Positions 59,760-64,000 of a stretch of DNA of 64,000 nt are shown here, piece by piece. The position numbers and the translations under genes are program-made. The DNA is taken from positions 1-64,000 of the forward strand of contig JAUCBJ010008047.1 of assembly GCA_032718475.1 (NCBI GenBank), in the 5' to 3' direction. Position 1 is the stretch's first letter. Each line of letters opens with the position of its first letter. Under the pieces are notes generated by a model. The model had not been told where the DNA came from. It searched no databases and saw only the letters and a program-made list of their open reading frames with translations. The stretch comes from Nemertoderma westbladi. Lineage: Eukaryota > Animalia > Xenacoelomorpha.

Positions 59760-60400
59760 TTGTGATTTATTTGAATTATATGTTTTTATATTTACGAAAG
59801 CTATTTAGTAAACTTATATTTTATATTTGTGCTTATTCCAAACTTATGCAATTTGTATTGTTCCGAATTTATGAAATTTAGAAAGTTTAGAAGGAACTTA
59901 TATTTGAAAGATTTATGTTTCATATTTGAGATGCAAAGGTTTATATTATTCTAAACTTATGCAGTTTATATCTATATTTAGTAAGACTACCCAAAGAGAG
60001 TTTATATTTGTAAGAATTTATATTTATATTTGTAATTATTCCGAACTTATACAATTTATATTATTCCAAACTTATGCAATTTGTATTGTTCCGAATATTA
60101 TGCAATTTATATTTTATAAGCAGTATTTGTACCATAAAGAGAAAGTTTTATAGACAGAAAATTTTGTGCTCAGAAAGACTCATATTTGTAATTATTCCAA
60201 ACTTATGCAATCTACATTTAGGTACGAAAGTATTTGTAATTACTTGAATTTATGCAATATTTGAGATGCAATAGTAGATGGAAGACTTGCGAGCCTTTCT
60301 TATTGTTTTCATTTATTTGTATTTGTAATTGTTTGAATTTATGCAATATCTGAGATGCAATAGATTTATATTGGTGAATTTAATTTAGATTTATATTGTA
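59760..60400 (+). repeat. Degenerate AT-rich repeats in the 3' UTR of C
   Basis: Recurrent TTATTCCAAACTTATGCAATT and TTTATATTTG units. Confidence 0.6.
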
Positions 60401-60595
60401 CTTACTTAGTAAAGCCTTAAATACGTAAAGTTTGAATTTGTAATTATTTTGTATCGAATCATTACGTAGAAAGGAAGTATTGTTTGAAATTTAATTGTAA
60501 ATATGTAAGTACGCCCTAAGTATTCTATAGTTTGATTGATTATTGGTGAAAACCGTATATTTTATGCACGATAATATCCTGTTTTCATGGAGCGG

Positions 60596-62586
60596 TATAG
60601 AATTATATTCCCTAAATGCCGTGGATTTTCAAAATTTTATTTTATTCGAATTAACTTTGTAAAGATTGCTTTGAGTTCTCATTAGTATTGGTTCTATCTA
60701 TTATGCATCTATCGGTCAAGTGGTTCAGTAGCTCAGTTGGTAGAGCGTTGGAAATTATATGTGTAGTAGGTATCGAGTTCGAATCCTAGTAAGTGCGAAT
60801 TATTTTTTGTGCAGAATTTCAACTCATTTAAATTAACCGCTACAAATTAATTGCATTTGTCTGTACCAATAAGGCTGTAGTTATTTGATTGTAACCAATG
60901 TCGTGCAAGTTATATATTAGCTGGACCAATAAGCTATCTTTAAAACCTTGTTAGAACCCATAGAACAATCGAGAATTTTCTCGATTGATTGCGGCACAAA
61001 TTTAGTATATAAAGGTGCGATTTCGTTCATTAGTTATTCTCTCAATCACTTTATATCATTATCTTTCAGATTTATTCTGTCGTGCTTAGTTTATTCTCAG
61101 ATTACATTGTATTATAATTGTGTCTTCTGTAATAAAGTCAGAATATTCTCTCAGCTTTTCTGTTTTACTATGGTTTCACTACGGTGAACAAACTCGGGGA
61201 CAGGATGGCCAGCTAGAGATCGGGCCGCAGCAATGAACGGGAACATCACGGGAATGTAGACGAGAGACAACCCGCAATACCATTTAGAGTTATTCGCCCA
61301 TCGCCTGAAAGGTTAGACAGCGTTCGATCCTTGCTACCTAAGTGTAAGACCAAAAGATCAAAGGTAGACGTAGTGACACGCTGTGAGCCCAAAATTACAT
61401 CATAGGGACTGTACTGTCTTGATTCAGGAAAAAACCGCAGTAGACCTTCATATTCCTACGGGGGGAGGGAGGGAGAGAGAGCAGATACTAGTACGCAGAT
61501 AGGACGTAGGCACACCGGTACAAGGCATACACATTGGTTAGGGTGCAGCAAACTGTACGCTTAACTCTTGCTAAGTACAGGTGTGTGTGCGACTATTTGC
61601 CGTACAACGGTGTCCGTTACATCAGAACTTGTAGGCTAGGGGGTTGCTGTGTTTTCACCTGAATTGGGATTGTACCGTTCAGGCGGTAGGGCAGTTTACG
61701 CTAGGCGCAAATAAATTGAGGCTATCAGGGATATACTAACATCTACCGTGTCCCCGCCAACGCCCTAATAGGAAGTTACCCGGACTACCTGGGTGACTAA
61801 AATTCTAGATAGGAGCCAGGATAGCTATTAGTACCCGTACGCCTACAGTAGTAAACTAACACATCTCTTCTTAGTATCAGGGACCTGGTACCTAAAATTG
61901 CCGAATTCTGGGCGTAGTATTAACCTTATGCCTGAATTTGAGTCCTGGAAATACGCAAGAGGGGAAGGAACCTTATCATTCGTGAGTATTGGACCTACAA
62001 GTTATAAAATTAGAATATTCGTAAAATGCACACCGTACCCAGTAATTATATATGTGAAGGAGCAAAACTGCTTTTGACCGTTCAGAATTAACACACGCGC
62101 GTTAGAAATTATTTACACCTCGAAATATATAAAATTAACTTTCGTCCTTACTGCACTTTGCTCGCTAGTTAGACATCTCCAAATCTGCTCTATACCTAGC
62201 TAGCGTCCCTTTGCCCAACCATATAAATCACACCGCGGCAAAGTATACGAGCCTCTTAGTCCGTCAGTGAGTCAGCCTGATTTTAGGATTCGCTGCGCGG
62301 GATTTTGTTTTATCGAAGTTTGTCTGCTCGTAGACTGTTTTCTGCCTCACCGGTTAAAAGAGATCGATACTGCAATATATTCGCTTACTTGGGGTTTACT
62401 GTTTTGGTGAGAAGGTCGGATTTATGATTTGATTTACAAACTTTACAGTAGGATATTGCAGGTATTGTTACCGTCTCTTCCGATAGTAGGAATAGGCGTA
62501 TCTCTCCAATTTAGTAGGAATATGATTATTTTAACATATTTCCTAATTTAGTAGGAATATGATTATTTTAACATATTTCCTAATTT
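60596..62586 (+). mobile_element. 3' terminal repeat of C
   Basis: Follows PPT GGAGCGG and repeats 45540-47481, plus one extra 37-bp unit at its end. Confidence 0.85.
60722..60808 (+). ncRNA. tRNA-like Pol III cassette within the C 3' LTR
   Basis: Identical to 45666-45752. Confidence 0.55.
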
Positions 62587-64000
62587 ACACAACAATATTA
62601 ATAGGGAGATAGGATACTTATCTCTCCACTCAGAATGTCACAGATAGGGGGTGTTCCAATGCAATCAAAATTCATTTATCTCCAGCAGAAAGACGTAGCA
62701 AATAACAGCTAATTACTTCTATAAATGTAAGTGTTACCTTTTCTTTTGACTTTCGTTTAAGATTCTCTATCTCGTGGAGTGGGTTAGAAGTTATAAATAT
62801 TAAAATCGATATGGTTATAGTAAAGAATCAGAGGATATTTTGATCAATTATTGCAGAAAAACACGAAGGATTTTGACAGGGCTTTAATACTTCTTTATGT
62901 TCATGAAATAGCTGAGATATTTGAGGTGAATTATAGTATTATAAGTTAACTTCAGCTCCAGTCACTTTGGCAATACGATGAAACAATAATAAATATTCTA
63001 GAACACAACAATATTAATAGGGAGATAAGCTACTTATCTCTCCACTCATACAACCACAGATAGGGGGTGTTCTGACACAATCAAAATTCATCCATCTCCA
63101 GTGGAAAGACGTTGCAAATAATTGCTGATTACTGCTATAAATGTAAGTGTTACCTGTTCTTTTGACTTTCATTTAAGATTCTCTATCTCGTGGAGTGGGT
63201 TAGAAGATATAAATATTAAAATCGATATGGTTATAGTAAAGAATCAGAGGTTATTTTGATAAATTATTGCAGAAAAATACCAAGGATTTTGACATGGCTT
63301 TAATACTTCATTATGTTCATGAAATAGCTAAGATATTTGAGGTGAATTATTGTATTATGAGTTAACTTCAGCTCTAGCAACTTTGGCAATACGATGAAAC
63401 TATAAAAAATATTCTAGAACACAACAATATTAATAGGGAGATAGGATACTTATCTCTCCACTCAGAAAGCCACAGATAGGGGGTGTTCCAACGCAATCAA
63501 AATTCATCCATCTCCAGCGGAAAGACGAAGCAAATAACAGCTGATTACTTCTATAAATGTAAGTGTTACCTGTTCTTTTGACGTTCATTTAAGATTCTCT
63601 ATCTCGTGGAGTGGGATAGAAGTTATAAATATGAAAATCGATATGGTTTTTGTAAAAAATCAGAGGATATTTTGATAAATTATTGCAGAAAAACACCAAG
63701 GATTTTGACATGGCTTTAATACTTCATTATGTTCATGAAATAGCTGAGATATTTGAGGTGAATTATTGCATTACATAATAACTTTAGCTCCAGCCACTTT
63801 AGCAATACGATGAAACTATAATAAATATTCTAGAACACAACAATATTAATAGGGAGATATGCTACTTATTTCTCAACTCAGACAGCCTCAGATAGGGGGT
63901 GTTCTGACACACTCAAAATTCATCCATCTCCAGCGGAAAGACGTAGCAAATAACAGCTGATTACTTCTATAAATGTAAGTGTTACCTGTTATTTTGACTT
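62587..64000. repeat. Satellite with a 416-bp unit, at least 3.4 copies, running off the window
   Basis: ACACAACAATATTAATAGGGAGAT at 62587, 63003, 63419 and 63835. Confidence 0.95.

Larger units (their letters stand above)
45540..62586 (+). mobile_element. BEL/Pao LTR retrotransposon C (about 17 kb, divergent family; right end abuts a satellite, no TSD found)
   Basis: Long terminal direct repeats, complete gag-pol domain set, accessory ORF and PPT. Confidence 0.9.

Overview
This is AT-rich eukaryotic (probably invertebrate) repeat-dense DNA with no recognisable host gene and no prokaryotic features. It is dominated by four BEL/Pao-type LTR retrotransposons. (Z) is a minus-strand 5' LTR at 218-1450, inserted into A. 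(A) is a plus-strand copy at 1451-11874 whose single gag-pol ORF has lost RT, RNase H and integrase through in-frame deletions. (B) is a complete 16.1-kb minus-strand copy at 25639-41747, with about 1.19-kb near-identical LTRs and an AGGGC target-site duplication (TSD). (C) is a divergent plus-strand copy of about 17 kb at 45540-62586. Between them lie a decayed APE-type LINE, a CRE-like fragment, several non-autonomous DNA transposons, two solo LTRs and a 416-bp satellite. The main signal is that the A/B and C families both carry a homologous, non-envelope accessory gene between pol and the 3' LTR, encoding CCHC zinc knuckles and an Arg/Lys-rich tail. Alongside it are dense U1-type 5' splice-site clusters in gag, a hairpin motif dispersed through C, no canonical tRNA primer-binding site (PBS), and a Pol III/tRNA-like cassette inside the C LTR. 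Together these suggest, by inference only, a complex retrovirus-like regulatory system in a BEL/Pao lineage. All calls were made by eye without database searches.
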